Positions 28,983 to 37,663 of a DNA stretch of 57,750 nt are shown piece after piece. Within the stretch, counting starts at the first letter, position 1. Each line of letters opens with the position of its first letter. This DNA is from an archaeon (GTDB taxonomy: Archaea > Nanobdellota > Nanobdellia > Woesearchaeales > GW2011-AR4), in assembly GCA_002688925.1 (NCBI GenBank), contig NZEC01000002.1, positions 6,242 to 63,991 of the forward strand, written 5' to 3'. A program made the position numbers and the translations under genes. The notes under the pieces are model-generated. The model did not search any database. It was not told the origin of the DNA and worked only from the letters and a program-made list of their open reading frames with translations.

Positions 28983-29285
28983 ATGACCATAATCTACATA
29001 ACCTGCAAAGACGAGAAAGAAGCTGTAAAAATATCAAAGCATCTGCTGGAAAAAAGGCTGATTGCATGCTCTAACATGCACCCAATAAAAAGCATGTATT
29101 GGTGGAAAGGCAAGATAGCAGATGATAAGGAAATAGTCATTATGGCAAAAACAAAAGAAAAAAATTACAAAAAAATAAAAGAGGAAGTAAAAAAACTGCA
29201 CAGCTATGATGTTCCATGCATACTTAAAATTGATGCACAAGCCAATGAAAGCTATGAAAACTGGGTTAATAAGGAAGTGAAATAA
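28983..29285 (+). CDS. cutA: Divalent cation tolerance protein CutA
   Basis: LLEKRLIAC.N, SMYWWKG, HSYDVPCI. Confidence 0.95.
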   Translation: MTIIYITCKDEKEAVKISKHLLEKRLIACSNMHPIKSMYWWKGKIADDKEIVIMAKTKEKNYKKIKEEVKKLHSYDVPCILKIDAQANESYENWVNKEVK

Positions 29286-29354
29286 TTTTAGTACCTTCTT
29301 TACCAGTCAAATCCGACAAAAAGCTATATAAATACCGAATATACTGATTCTTTT

Positions 29355-29426
29355 ATGGTTTTTAAGCTGGTAAAAGAGGTAAAGGATATCAACAGGTTCA
29401 GGGAAATACTTACAGGTAAATATTGA
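29355..29426 (+). pseudogene. Possible 5' stub of a truncated gene (resembles ABC1/UbiB kinase N-termini)
   Basis: MVFKLVKEVKDINRFREILT then abrupt GKY*; preceded by a TATA box; family guess from recall of the ..R..EIL.V N-terminal helix. Confidence 0.35.
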
Positions 29427-29460
29427 TAAATTTTTTAAATACAATGCCATTTCTTATATC

Positions 29461-30036
29461 ATGGATGATAAGTACGTGGCTTCGGGTAAATTGGCAGACA
29501 GCATTGAAAATGAAGCTACAGTAGCATTGGAGTATCATGTTGCTCAGCTTGCTAAAGGCCTAGACTTAATACCAAATATTCATAAGAGAAATTTGAGCAA
29601 AGTTTCGTTATTGACTGATTCTATTGATACTTCATTAAATTCTGGAGATGTTAGCATTGCAATATCGGCTGTTGAAACAACTTTTTATGAAATGGAACAA
29701 GATTTGGAGCAGATTGGAGATGAAAGGGAAAATTTGATGGGTTTAAGGGATAACATTAAAGGATTATTAAAAAAAAGAGTAGAATATCATTATTGTAATT
29801 TTGCAAAAACTTACTCTAAATCTGATGCATCAGAAAAGCCTTTTTTGGAAATAGCATTCCAATATCAAACAATTATTGAAGCATTATATGGTATAATCAA
29901 TGATTATAATGAAGCAATCACTGAGTTAAAAAATACTCAGGAAACTGAAAAAGCAGCTTTTAGATCTGAGAAAGATAAATTAATTTCTTCAATAAATCAA
30001 AATCATTCTCAATTTTCGGACACTAAAGGTATATAG
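29461..30036 (+). CDS. Hypothetical helical/coiled-coil protein
   Basis: 191-aa ORF; its TAG stop lies inside the att repeat. Confidence 0.6.
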   Translation: MDDKYVASGKLADSIENEATVALEYHVAQLAKGLDLIPNIHKRNLSKVSLLTDSIDTSLNSGDVSIAISAVETTFYEMEQDLEQIGDERENLMGLRDNIKGLLKKRVEYHYCNFAKTYSKSDASEKPFLEIAFQYQTIIEALYGIINDYNEAITELKNTQETEKAAFRSEKDKLISSINQNHSQFSDTKGI

Positions 30037-30045
30037 CCCCGCCAA
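30033..30045. repeat. Distal att site (copy of tRNA-Gln 3' end)
   Basis: 13/13 identity to 37544-37556. Confidence 0.8.
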
Positions 30046-30217
30046 ATTTATGTAGGTTTTACCCGTAAATAATTGGGCTAAGATATAAAAAAGAATATCC
30101 TGATTATGATAAAGAAGAAATGGATAGAATGGCAAAATTAATTTGGGCAAGAAATCAGGTTTTTGCTACTCAAGAAGAAATTGATGGATACAATGAAGTG
30201 GCTCTCAAAATATCCAG

Positions 30218-30832
30218 ATGGGAATAATTAAATCAATATTAATTAAGTTAGTTAGGTTTATTAGGTTTTGGGATAGGGAAAATATAGGGAAAATAGAATC
30301 TATATTTGCAATTGACAAAAGGTATAACATTAATAAAACTGATGATGATAGTTTGGAATCACTGCCACAAGACTTCGGAGAATTTTTTGGAGATTTTTTT
30401 GGAGATTTTTTTGGAAATGGAGCATTTACTTATTTTGATTTATTTAAGGAATGGAAGGGTTCAATAATTAAAATATGGTTGCCAAAAAGTGAACTTAGGA
30501 CAAATTATTTTCTAAAAAGTCCAGATAATTTTATACCCTGTATGGAATTATTTATAGATAAAGTTGAAACTATTGCATTAAGATATCTCTCTGTTAAGGA
30601 TTTGAATCTTAATTTCATTAATACAGATGAAATCAAGGATATAGTTTATCCAAAAGAAAAAAATGGAAAGAAGTATAAGGATTTCTTTGATTTTGCGTGT
30701 GATTATTTCCTTGTATGGCCAAATAAAAATACATCTGGTGTAATAATTGAATTAAAAATTACTGACAAAGAAGAATTTGATAATTTTCCGGGTAGAATAA
30801 TATCCAAGTCAAAAAGGGATAGAGAACTTTAG
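30218..30832 (+). CDS. Hypothetical protein (element cargo)
   Basis: 204-aa ORF; contains in-frame 3x12-bp repeat (GEFF GDFF GDFF). Confidence 0.6.
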   Translation: MGIIKSILIKLVRFIRFWDRENIGKIESIFAIDKRYNINKTDDDSLESLPQDFGEFFGDFFGDFFGNGAFTYFDLFKEWKGSIIKIWLPKSELRTNYFLKSPDNFIPCMELFIDKVETIALRYLSVKDLNLNFINTDEIKDIVYPKEKNGKKYKDFFDFACDYFLVWPNKNTSGVIIELKITDKEEFDNFPGRIISKSKRDREL

Positions 30833-30920
30833 TTATGATGCGTGATGATATAACCTTCAAAGAAGCAAAGTTTTTATACTGATTCTGAACTGATAAGTTG
30901 TATTGGGGTGGTAAATAAAC

Positions 30921-31127
30921 ATGCCAAAACTTATTAATTTACTTTTAAAAGGTGGTCTTATAATTGGATGTATTCCAATTTTATATGGATTTTTCCAGAT
31001 AATAGGGTTTGTGCAAAGTTTGATGTTAGTTATATTCATAATTTTGTTTGGTTTATTGGGATATTATATAAAGGAAAAGATTATAAAAAAGGGAAATAAG
31101 AAAGAAAGGAAGATAAGAAAAAAATGA
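30921..31127 (+). CDS. Small two-TM membrane protein
   Basis: Two hydrophobic segments, basic tail, SD-like ggggtgg. Confidence 0.55.
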   Translation: MPKLINLLLKGGLIIGCIPILYGFFQIIGFVQSLMLVIFIILFGLLGYYIKEKIIKKGNKKERKIRKK

Positions 31128-31130
31128 ATT

Positions 31131-31790
31131 TTGATAAATAGTGGAGTTCCAAAAAAAATGAAGAAAAAATCAAATAATTTTGGTTTTAAGCCAAAAAAAA
31201 GGAAAAAGGAAAAAAGTTTTCAAGAACTATTAGCAGAGGAATTAGCTAAACCATCAGAAGATGAAGAAGAGGAAAGAAAACAAGCTAAACCACATCAACG
31301 CAATAAAAGGGTCAGAGTTGTTCGGTTGTCTAAGAAAGAAACTAAAGGGCTAAGAGAACAGGAAGAAATCCGTGAAAATTTTATCAATGACCTTAAAGAG
31401 ATAGAAAGGGAAACTAAGAGTTTAGAAAAAAATCAAGAGAAGCTAAAGGATCTGGATACATTTAATAGAGCTATGAAAAGTGGAAATGTTACTATGTCTG
31501 GTGGGATAGGGGGAACAGTCCAGAAAGTAAAGGAATATAATGCAATAAGATTACAAAGAAAAAAAGATGAATTAGCATTGAGTAAAGGAAAACTTAAAGA
31601 ATTGCAAGCTGAGCTTAAAAAATTAGACAGAGAGGAAATTATGATTAATAGAAAAGAAGAAAAAGATAAAATAAGAGAATTATTATATCAGAGCGCTAAA
31701 TTAGGTCAAACTCTTGATAGGGGAAAAAAGATAAAAAATGAAAAAAAGAATAGAAAGAAAAAGAAACGCAAGAACACCAAAGGTTTGTAA
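31131..31790 (+). CDS. Lys/Glu-rich coiled-coil hypothetical protein
   Basis: 219-aa ORF; start uncertain. Confidence 0.55.
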   Translation: MINSGVPKKMKKKSNNFGFKPKKRKKEKSFQELLAEELAKPSEDEEEERKQAKPHQRNKRVRVVRLSKKETKGLREQEEIRENFINDLKEIERETKSLEKNQEKLKDLDTFNRAMKSGNVTMSGGIGGTVQKVKEYNAIRLQRKKDELALSKGKLKELQAELKKLDREEIMINRKEEKDKIRELLYQSAKLGQTLDRGKKIKNEKKNRKKKKRKNTKGL

Positions 31791-31930
31791 AAATAGGGAA
31801 GCATATTTTAAGGCTCAGAAAAAGGAATATAATAGGCCCATCTTAACAAAACAATGCGAATGATTAGGCCAGAAAAAGTCCTCCGTAGGTTTTAGATAGA
31901 GGATTGGCATAATCACGCAAGATTGTTTAA

Positions 31931-32086
31931 TGGTGGAAAGATGAATCTAAAAAGAACAAATTTACTTCATTGAATGAAATAGAAGAAGAAATTAAGAAAA
32001 CAGATAAGGAAATTAATGAACTTGTTTACAAATTATATAACATAACAGAAGAGGAAAAAAAGATAATAGAAGAAAGTTTAAAATAA
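31931..32086 (+). pseudogene. C-terminal remnant of a type IIG/Eco57I-like R-M or N6-methyltransferase gene
   Basis: ...EIKKTDKEINELVYKLYNITEEEKKIIEESLK* matches the ID.LVY.LY.LT.EE..IIE tail; in-frame stop at 31928-31930 upstream. Confidence 0.7.
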
Positions 32087-32144
32087 AAAAATATAACTCC
32101 CAACACAACCCCATCAAAACCTTAAGATGGTTGCAATCCATTAA

Positions 32145-32846
32145 TTAATAATAAAAATCAAAATTATTTTTTTTGAATGCATCCTGTAAAGGTTTTAATA
32201 TAATTTCCTTAATGATAGAGTAAGTCATGTCAAATTTATCCCTTTCCAAGCCCCAGCTTTTTTCATCATTGTTTTTAAGTTGTGGGCTCAAATCTGGCTG
32301 GACACTCTTAAATGCCTGAGAAACTTTAAACTTAATGATTTTATCATAAGGAGATTCTTCTGTAAAATCATGTCTTAATTCTGTAGAATTGTTCTGGTCT
32401 GATTCAGTCAAGCTGAATAATTCCATATAATTTTTTTTATCATTCATCAATATTGATAATGATGCTGGATCAAGGTCATCAATATAATTATCATCACTTT
32501 CTCCCTCTATTTTAACTACTTCTACCTTTTCTTCAATTGGCTTTCTCAAATATTCACCTACGAATCCATTGAATTTACTAAAGGAACCATCACCATGTTT
32601 TATCATTCTTGCTACAAAATAGCCACCTTCCCTATAATCAGGACTTTCAAAATCCAGTAATGAACCATCAGTTTCATTTTTTGTTTTGTAAACTTCAGTT
32701 ATAAGATCTTTATTTTTACTATTAGAATATATTTTTTCATCTCCTACTTTGACAAAGTTTTTCCCAACCCTAAATTCTGCATTTATTTCTTTTACAGCTT
32801 TTTCTATTAATAATTCAAAGTCCGATTTTACGTATAAAAATGCCAT
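32145..32846 (-). CDS. Hypothetical protein (third gene after ACT regulator)
   Basis: 233-aa ORF, tight operon spacing. Confidence 0.7.
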   Translation of the reverse strand: MAFLYVKSDFELLIEKAVKEINAEFRVGKNFVKVGDEKIYSNSKNKDLITEVYKTKNETDGSLLDFESPDYREGGYFVARMIKHGDGSFSKFNGFVGEYLRKPIEEKVEVVKIEGESDDNYIDDLDPASLSILMNDKKNYMELFSLTESDQNNSTELRHDFTEESPYDKIIKFKVSQAFKSVQPDLSPQLKNNDEKSWGLERDKFDMTYSIIKEIILKPLQDAFKKNNFDFYY

Positions 32847-32867
32847 TTTATTTTGTTTGATTTTTCA

Positions 32868-33488
32868 TTATTTTTTGCTTGGTTTAAAATTAAGCAGTTC
32901 AAGTATTGCTCTTTCTGTCTGTTTCGGGCTCATGTTATCCCGCTCTAAAACAAATCCTTCAACACCATCTTGTTGATATAATTTTGTGTCTTCAGAATCT
33001 CTTAATATCCTAAGTGCGTGAAGTATAAACTCCTCGGATGCCCGTATACTAAAATCAAATACATTTTTTTCTCCGCTTATATCTACACTGTAAAGATTAT
33101 CAGGTGATTCAAACACTACGAATTCATGACCGCATCTTAAGTCTTCTACTCTTTTAACCAATGCCTCTGTTTTTATGGTATATTCATCATTTTTCCAACT
33201 TACTTCTTTAGAATTATAGGAGAATTCATCTCGTCCCCTTTCAGCATATTCTTCTCTTGTTTGTGGACTTCTTATGCACCTAAGATAATCTATATCATTT
33301 TTACTGTCAGGAAATCCATATGTCCTAAATAATCTGATAATCTCGCTATCATCCTCAAGAAATTTATTTTTAAGATGAAAATTATTTTCTCTTAGGGTTG
33401 AATCTAGTGATTTCCCAAAATCTGTATAAGGCTGGATAATTTTGCTTTTATCAAATCCCTCTGGTAATTTTAAGTATTCTTTTGCCAT
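32868..33488 (-). CDS. Hypothetical protein, paralog of 33495-34088
   Basis: PYTDFGKSLDSTLRENNFHL vs PFTEFAKILDNTLKDKRFDL. Confidence 0.7.
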   Translation of the reverse strand: MAKEYLKLPEGFDKSKIIQPYTDFGKSLDSTLRENNFHLKNKFLEDDSEIIRLFRTYGFPDSKNDIDYLRCIRSPQTREEYAERGRDEFSYNSKEVSWKNDEYTIKTEALVKRVEDLRCGHEFVVFESPDNLYSVDISGEKNVFDFSIRASEEFILHALRILRDSEDTKLYQQDGVEGFVLERDNMSPKQTERAILELLNFKPSKK

Positions 33489-33494
33489 TTTTCA

Positions 33495-34088
33495 TCATTT
33501 CCTTGTATAAGTTGCTATGTCTATAATTTTGCTGATTATATTTTCTATGTCATAGGTTTTAGAGCGGTAATTTAGCTCTCCTTTTTCTTCAATTTTTTTT
33601 GATTTGGTTCCAAGTGTATTTATTACATGTTTTGAATATTTTTTGTCTTCCAAATTACCCCCTACTTGGAAACTCCATCTTGGGTGTATATAAAAATCCA
33701 CGCGGTCTGCCAGGTTAGAATGCGAAATTGCTACCTTTTCCCAGCCTTCGTCATGCTTCAATGTAGATAGAACAAGGTCATTTTGAATTTTTGGCATTCC
33801 ATTTATCCAAGTTATATGTTCCGGATAAATATAACCTGTAGAAGTTGAGCCATCATCTTGAATATGAATTCCCTTGGTATAAATAAGTGAACCATACCTA
33901 TAAGAATCTTTATAATTCCTGCTTATGAATATTTCTTTTTCTTTTTTATCAAAAGGAACATACTCTCTGCTTTGTAAATCAAAGCGCTTATCTTTCAGCG
34001 TATTATCTAATATTTTTGCAAATTCTGTAAATGGCCAAGGTTTTACTTCATTGTTTGGCATTATTATTGTTTCTTCTTTTTGTTGCAT
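33495..34088 (-). CDS. Hypothetical protein, paralog of 32868-33488
   Basis: SD aggtga upstream; shared N-terminal motif. Confidence 0.7.
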   Translation of the reverse strand: MQQKEETIIMPNNEVKPWPFTEFAKILDNTLKDKRFDLQSREYVPFDKKEKEIFISRNYKDSYRYGSLIYTKGIHIQDDGSTSTGYIYPEHITWINGMPKIQNDLVLSTLKHDEGWEKVAISHSNLADRVDFYIHPRWSFQVGGNLEDKKYSKHVINTLGTKSKKIEEKGELNYRSKTYDIENIISKIIDIATYTRK

Positions 34089-34106
34089 TTATATCACCTA
34101 ATATTT

Positions 34107-34814
34107 TTATTGATTATTTCTCCCTTTCTTTTTCTTTTCTTCCAGCTTCATCTCATTCTTTATCCTTTCCAGCATATTCCCGAGTATGTTGAATGTTTTC
34201 TGGCTGTCCTTTTCATAAACATAAACATTCATTTCTGTTCCGCAGCTGAATGTACTCACGACATTAATCTTGTTTATTGTAATTTCATTCAGCAATACTG
34301 AGTTCATGCCGTACTGCTTGTATGCCTCTTTTGGCACTATAATGGAAATCTCGCACAGATCCTTTTCAATATCAAGAATCCTCTCGGAAAATGCATGCCT
34401 TACCTTTTCCAGGTTGCCTTCATCAACAAGTATTGTAAGTATGTTCTGCCCTTTGATTACCCTGAATGTATCTCCCCCGTAAATCTCGAGTGTCTTTAGG
34501 CTCCTGTTTATGAGCTCGAGTGACGCATCCCCTTTCTTAAAAGAAACTCTTACCACTCCGCTTTTTAAATGTATTTTTGAATCTTTTAGCACGCCGTATA
34601 CCGGCTTGTTTATGTCTTTAATCTCAGAAAAATCTGTATCGCACCTTCTTATTGCCGTCCTGACTGATTCAAGGCTAAGGTTCTTGTCCGGATTGGTCTT
34701 GATAATATATGCAGCTAGGGCTCTTGGAGTTATTAGATTTCTTGACAATCCCTGCATAATCACTCCATCTCGGTTCACGGTTTCATGTATGAACTGGGTC
34801 AGGTTTGCTATCAT
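34107..34814 (-). CDS. HTH + ACT-domain putative regulator
   Basis: GLSRNLITPRALAAYI...SVRTAIRR N-terminus; ACT-like C-terminus (LCEISI..P..G..LLNEI..NKINVV...SC.TE). Confidence 0.8.
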   Translation of the reverse strand: MIANLTQFIHETVNRDGVIMQGLSRNLITPRALAAYIIKTNPDKNLSLESVRTAIRRCDTDFSEIKDINKPVYGVLKDSKIHLKSGVVRVSFKKGDASLELINRSLKTLEIYGGDTFRVIKGQNILTILVDEGNLEKVRHAFSERILDIEKDLCEISIIVPKEAYKQYGMNSVLLNEITINKINVVSTFSCGTEMNVYVYEKDSQKTFNILGNMLERIKNEMKLEEKKKKGRNNQ

Positions 34815-35074
34815 ACGGGTCAGAATAACCCAGCCATATATAAACCTTTCTATAATTTAACTACTTTTAAGTAGTTTCATTCAATTTACATTCAATTTTG
34901 TTGAAAATCAGGCTAAACACATCCATAAAACAATCTTTCTGACCTGAAAACCATGCTTTTGGTACACAGATATAAGTATTCCAGACGGTATTCTTGCCAT
35001 TGGTGATTAAAAATGACATACAGATGCAATACAAAATATGGAATTAGGCTTGGATATATTATAAACACAGGGGG

Positions 35075-35455
35075 ATGAAAATGAACAACAAACAGGTAAA
35101 AATGACATTAATGGATATATTTGGCCAGTATGTTGCTGGCCTGTATAATGGAAGAGAAGCAGCTGTGGCAATAGATAGCGCCCTTCATGGGCTGACAGGA
35201 TTAAGGTACAAGAATGCCAGCTGTTTGTCTGTCGATGACGGCCAGGACAGATACAGCCTGAGTGTAGCCGGATTAAGCAAAAAGCAGAAGAAAAAGGTAG
35301 AAAATGATTTAGTTCCGGCAATGCACATTTTAAGGACACAGCACGGCCAGGGCAATGGAACTGAAGCCCATATAAGCAACAGCTGCTCAACAAAACATTA
35401 TAGGGGCAATTTTGAATATTTGGTAAACAGGGTGTCAATGCAATATGGAATGTGA
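35075..35455 (+). CDS. Hypothetical protein
   Basis: 126-aa ORF divergent from the ACT regulator; GTGA overlap with next gene. Confidence 0.55.
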   Translation: MKMNNKQVKMTLMDIFGQYVAGLYNGREAAVAIDSALHGLTGLRYKNASCLSVDDGQDRYSLSVAGLSKKQKKKVENDLVPAMHILRTQHGQGNGTEAHISNSCSTKHYRGNFEYLVNRVSMQYGM

Positions 35456-35691
35456 TAAAGATGATGAAAAGGACTCTTATAGTAAGGCTGACAAAGAATC
35501 AGCATGAACGGGTTAAGAATAATGCAGAGTCCAAAGGCTACAAAACAATTTCTTCTTACATAAGATCATTGGCTCTGGAGCATGATTTAGGCTTTGTAAA
35601 AAAATTTGATGAAATATATACAAAGCTTATTGATAGAAGTTCTGATAAGGCTGAAAGTAAGGATGAGATTAAGCTGACTAGGTTTTTGTAA
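35452..35691 (+). CDS. Ribbon-helix-helix (CopG/MobC-like) DNA-binding protein
   Basis: RTLIVRLTKNQHERVKNNAESKGYKTISSYIRSLAL. Confidence 0.75.
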   Translation: MIKMMKRTLIVRLTKNQHERVKNNAESKGYKTISSYIRSLALEHDLGFVKKFDEIYTKLIDRSSDKAESKDEIKLTRFL

Positions 35692-35751
35692 GGTTGGATA
35701 ATGAAGCCCTGAAAAGTAAGTTTTATAATTCAATATGCAATACTAGAAGTA

Positions 35752-36180
35752 ATGGCTCCAAATGAAATATTAAATTACACAATCGAAGGAATTAAATGGC
35801 TAGCTATAGGTGGAGCTTCAACATATGTTGGATTATTAATATCATGTCCCGTTTCAATGTTATTTGCAGAGAAAATAAAAGAACAAAAGAGATTAGATGT
35901 TCTGGTTAAAAAAGAGTCAGATAAATTAGGATTAAAAGGAGTTAAAGGAATTTTGTGCGATGAATATCTAGGGGGAGGGGCTTATCATGAAAATGGAAAT
36001 CCAATCGTTGAATTAGGTGGAATTGGGGCAAATAGGAGTACTTTAAGGCATGAACTATATCATCACTTCACAGGCGACAGCAAACATTCAATGAAAAACA
36101 AATGGCTTAAAGAAGCAAGATACATGTTAATAGTAGAGCCAAGAGCCTGGTTATATCAGTCTACTGGAATAAAAGTTTAA
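35752..36180 (+). CDS. Membrane-anchored HExxH putative metallopeptidase
   Basis: N-terminal TM; TLRHELYH followed by EPRA. Confidence 0.6.
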   Translation: MAPNEILNYTIEGIKWLAIGGASTYVGLLISCPVSMLFAEKIKEQKRLDVLVKKESDKLGLKGVKGILCDEYLGGGAYHENGNPIVELGGIGANRSTLRHELYHHFTGDSKHSMKNKWLKEARYMLIVEPRAWLYQSTGIKV

Positions 36181-36222
36181 AACTCTAATATTTTAAATTA
36201 TAGAATTCATATGGCTTAACAT

Positions 36223-37503
36223 TCACCCAGAAAGCTTTACTAATTCTTTTTCCATTTTTTCTTCTCGCACCATGTCAACTGCATCATTAAGCTTGCCTTT
36301 CTTGACAAGGCCTTTGATTATTTTATGTATCAGCTCATCCTTTTTGTCTTTATCTTCAATCTGCTTTTGCAATTCTTCCAACTGCTCTTTCTGCTTTTCT
36401 ATCTCCTTGTTAATAATCTTATTTTCTAATTTTGTCTTTTCAAACTCTGTTTTAAATTTTGCAATTTCATGGTCTTTGGTCTGCCCTGCAATTTCATCAT
36501 CATCAACAGCATGAAAATACCTTTGAGCAGTTCCTGACTTTAAATTCCAACCATACCTGCTGCAAAACTGTGCATAGGTCTTTATGATGCTTGCATAATA
36601 AGTTGCAGAACTGTGCCTCATTGTATGTAATGAGATATCTTTATTCAAAACTTTTTTAGCATTATCCTTGATTGTTTCGAGCATCGTATGATAATTGGTT
36701 TCAAAAATAAAATTATTTTCATCAAAATTATCTCCCAACCTCTGCTTTTCAGAATTCTTAAAATTATCAATTAGATCTGTTGCCAGCCATAAGCTAACCC
36801 ATCTTTCTTTTTTTGTCTTTGATGTTTCTTTCCTGACATGAGCCTTATAATAACCCCTGTCCTCTGGCTTTGCAACATCAACCCATCTCAGATTAGCAAA
36901 CTCCTCTGCCCTAAAACCGCCATCAAACAATGCCATAATATAGGTCTTAACCCTTAATGCAGAAGCGGATAATACCATCTTCTCTACTTCAGACCTTGTT
37001 AAAAATATCTTTGTTGGACTTTCCTCTGTAGTATCCCATGAATCACAAAAAGGAGGATAGTATTTATTTTCTCCAAATTTCCATTTCAAGAATTTCCTGA
37101 CAGTTTTATAATTTTTAGCTTTAGCTGATGGTTTATACTTATTGCCATAAGCATTAATTATAACATCATTTTCCATATTCTCATAGAAATCATCCCAATC
37201 CTTTTGGGTAGTTTTGTCAAAATCCTTGTTTATCCATTCATTTGAAAGCATACGCATTAGTCCCATTACCCTGTATAATGTGCTTTTAACAACTTTCTTG
37301 TTTTTATTTCCGCTTTTAGCTTTCCCCAGCCTACACGCTTTAAGATAATCAAGAACTATTAGCCTGTTATTATCATGTTTCCAAGTCTCATTGGCTTCTA
37401 ATTCATGAATAGCCTTATCTGATTCATATTCTAGGTTATGGAAGTCTCTTTTACCATTAGAAGCATAGTTTATCTTTGCCATGTATGGCTGAAAGTGTGA
37501 CAT
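36223..37503 (-). CDS. Tyrosine recombinase/integrase
   Basis: GGFRAEE (R), SKTK (K), HTMRH (HxxR), RYGW, RYFH (Y); C-terminal coiled coil; adjacent to tRNA. Confidence 0.93.
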   Translation of the reverse strand: MSHFQPYMAKINYASNGKRDFHNLEYESDKAIHELEANETWKHDNNRLIVLDYLKACRLGKAKSGNKNKKVVKSTLYRVMGLMRMLSNEWINKDFDKTTQKDWDDFYENMENDVIINAYGNKYKPSAKAKNYKTVRKFLKWKFGENKYYPPFCDSWDTTEESPTKIFLTRSEVEKMVLSASALRVKTYIMALFDGGFRAEEFANLRWVDVAKPEDRGYYKAHVRKETSKTKKERWVSLWLATDLIDNFKNSEKQRLGDNFDENNFIFETNYHTMLETIKDNAKKVLNKDISLHTMRHSSATYYASIIKTYAQFCSRYGWNLKSGTAQRYFHAVDDDEIAGQTKDHEIAKFKTEFEKTKLENKIINKEIEKQKEQLEELQKQIEDKDKKDELIHKIIKGLVKKGKLNDAVDMVREEKMEKELVKLSG

Positions 37504-37544
37504 CTATATATAGTTTTCCTTTTTTTTTCGGGGTAAAACGTTAA

Positions 37545-37617
37545 TAGCCCCGCCAAGATTCGAACTTGGGTCACAAACTCCAGAGGCTTGTATGATTGGC
37601 CGCTACACTACGGGGCT
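37545..37617 (-). tRNA. tRNA-Gln (anticodon CTG)
   Basis: AGCCCCG acceptor stem, CAAGC-CT CTG GA-GTTTG anticodon arm, CCAAG TTCGAAT CTTGG T arm; 73 nt, no encoded CCA. Confidence 0.96.
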
Positions 37618-37663
37618 GTTTATAAAAAAAGAATAAGTTTTGGTTTTAAAATATTTGCTATAT

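Larger units (their letters stand above)
30033..37556. mobile_element. ~7.5 kb integrated element at tRNA-Gln(CTG)
   Basis: Direct repeat atagccccgccaa at 30033-30045 and 37544-37556 (tRNA 3' end); adjacent tyrosine integrase; RHH protein; orphan cargo. Confidence 0.85.

Noticed and set aside
28888-29067. 60-aa N-terminal extension of Nop5 in the ORF track
   Set aside because: Overlaps cutA on the opposite strand and spans the divergent promoter; real start is likely 28887
30069-30226. Start-less reading frame IIGLRYKKEYPDY...KISRWE* just inside att
   Set aside because: No recognisable family or convincing start; may be a gene fragment but unsupported
30842-30893. C/D-box sRNA (gtgatga ... 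ctga)
   Set aside because: No recognisable D'/C' boxes or terminal stem; such motifs arise easily in AT-rich DNA
36223-37617. SSV1-type split integrase
   Set aside because: The att core lies outside the int ORF, which is intact
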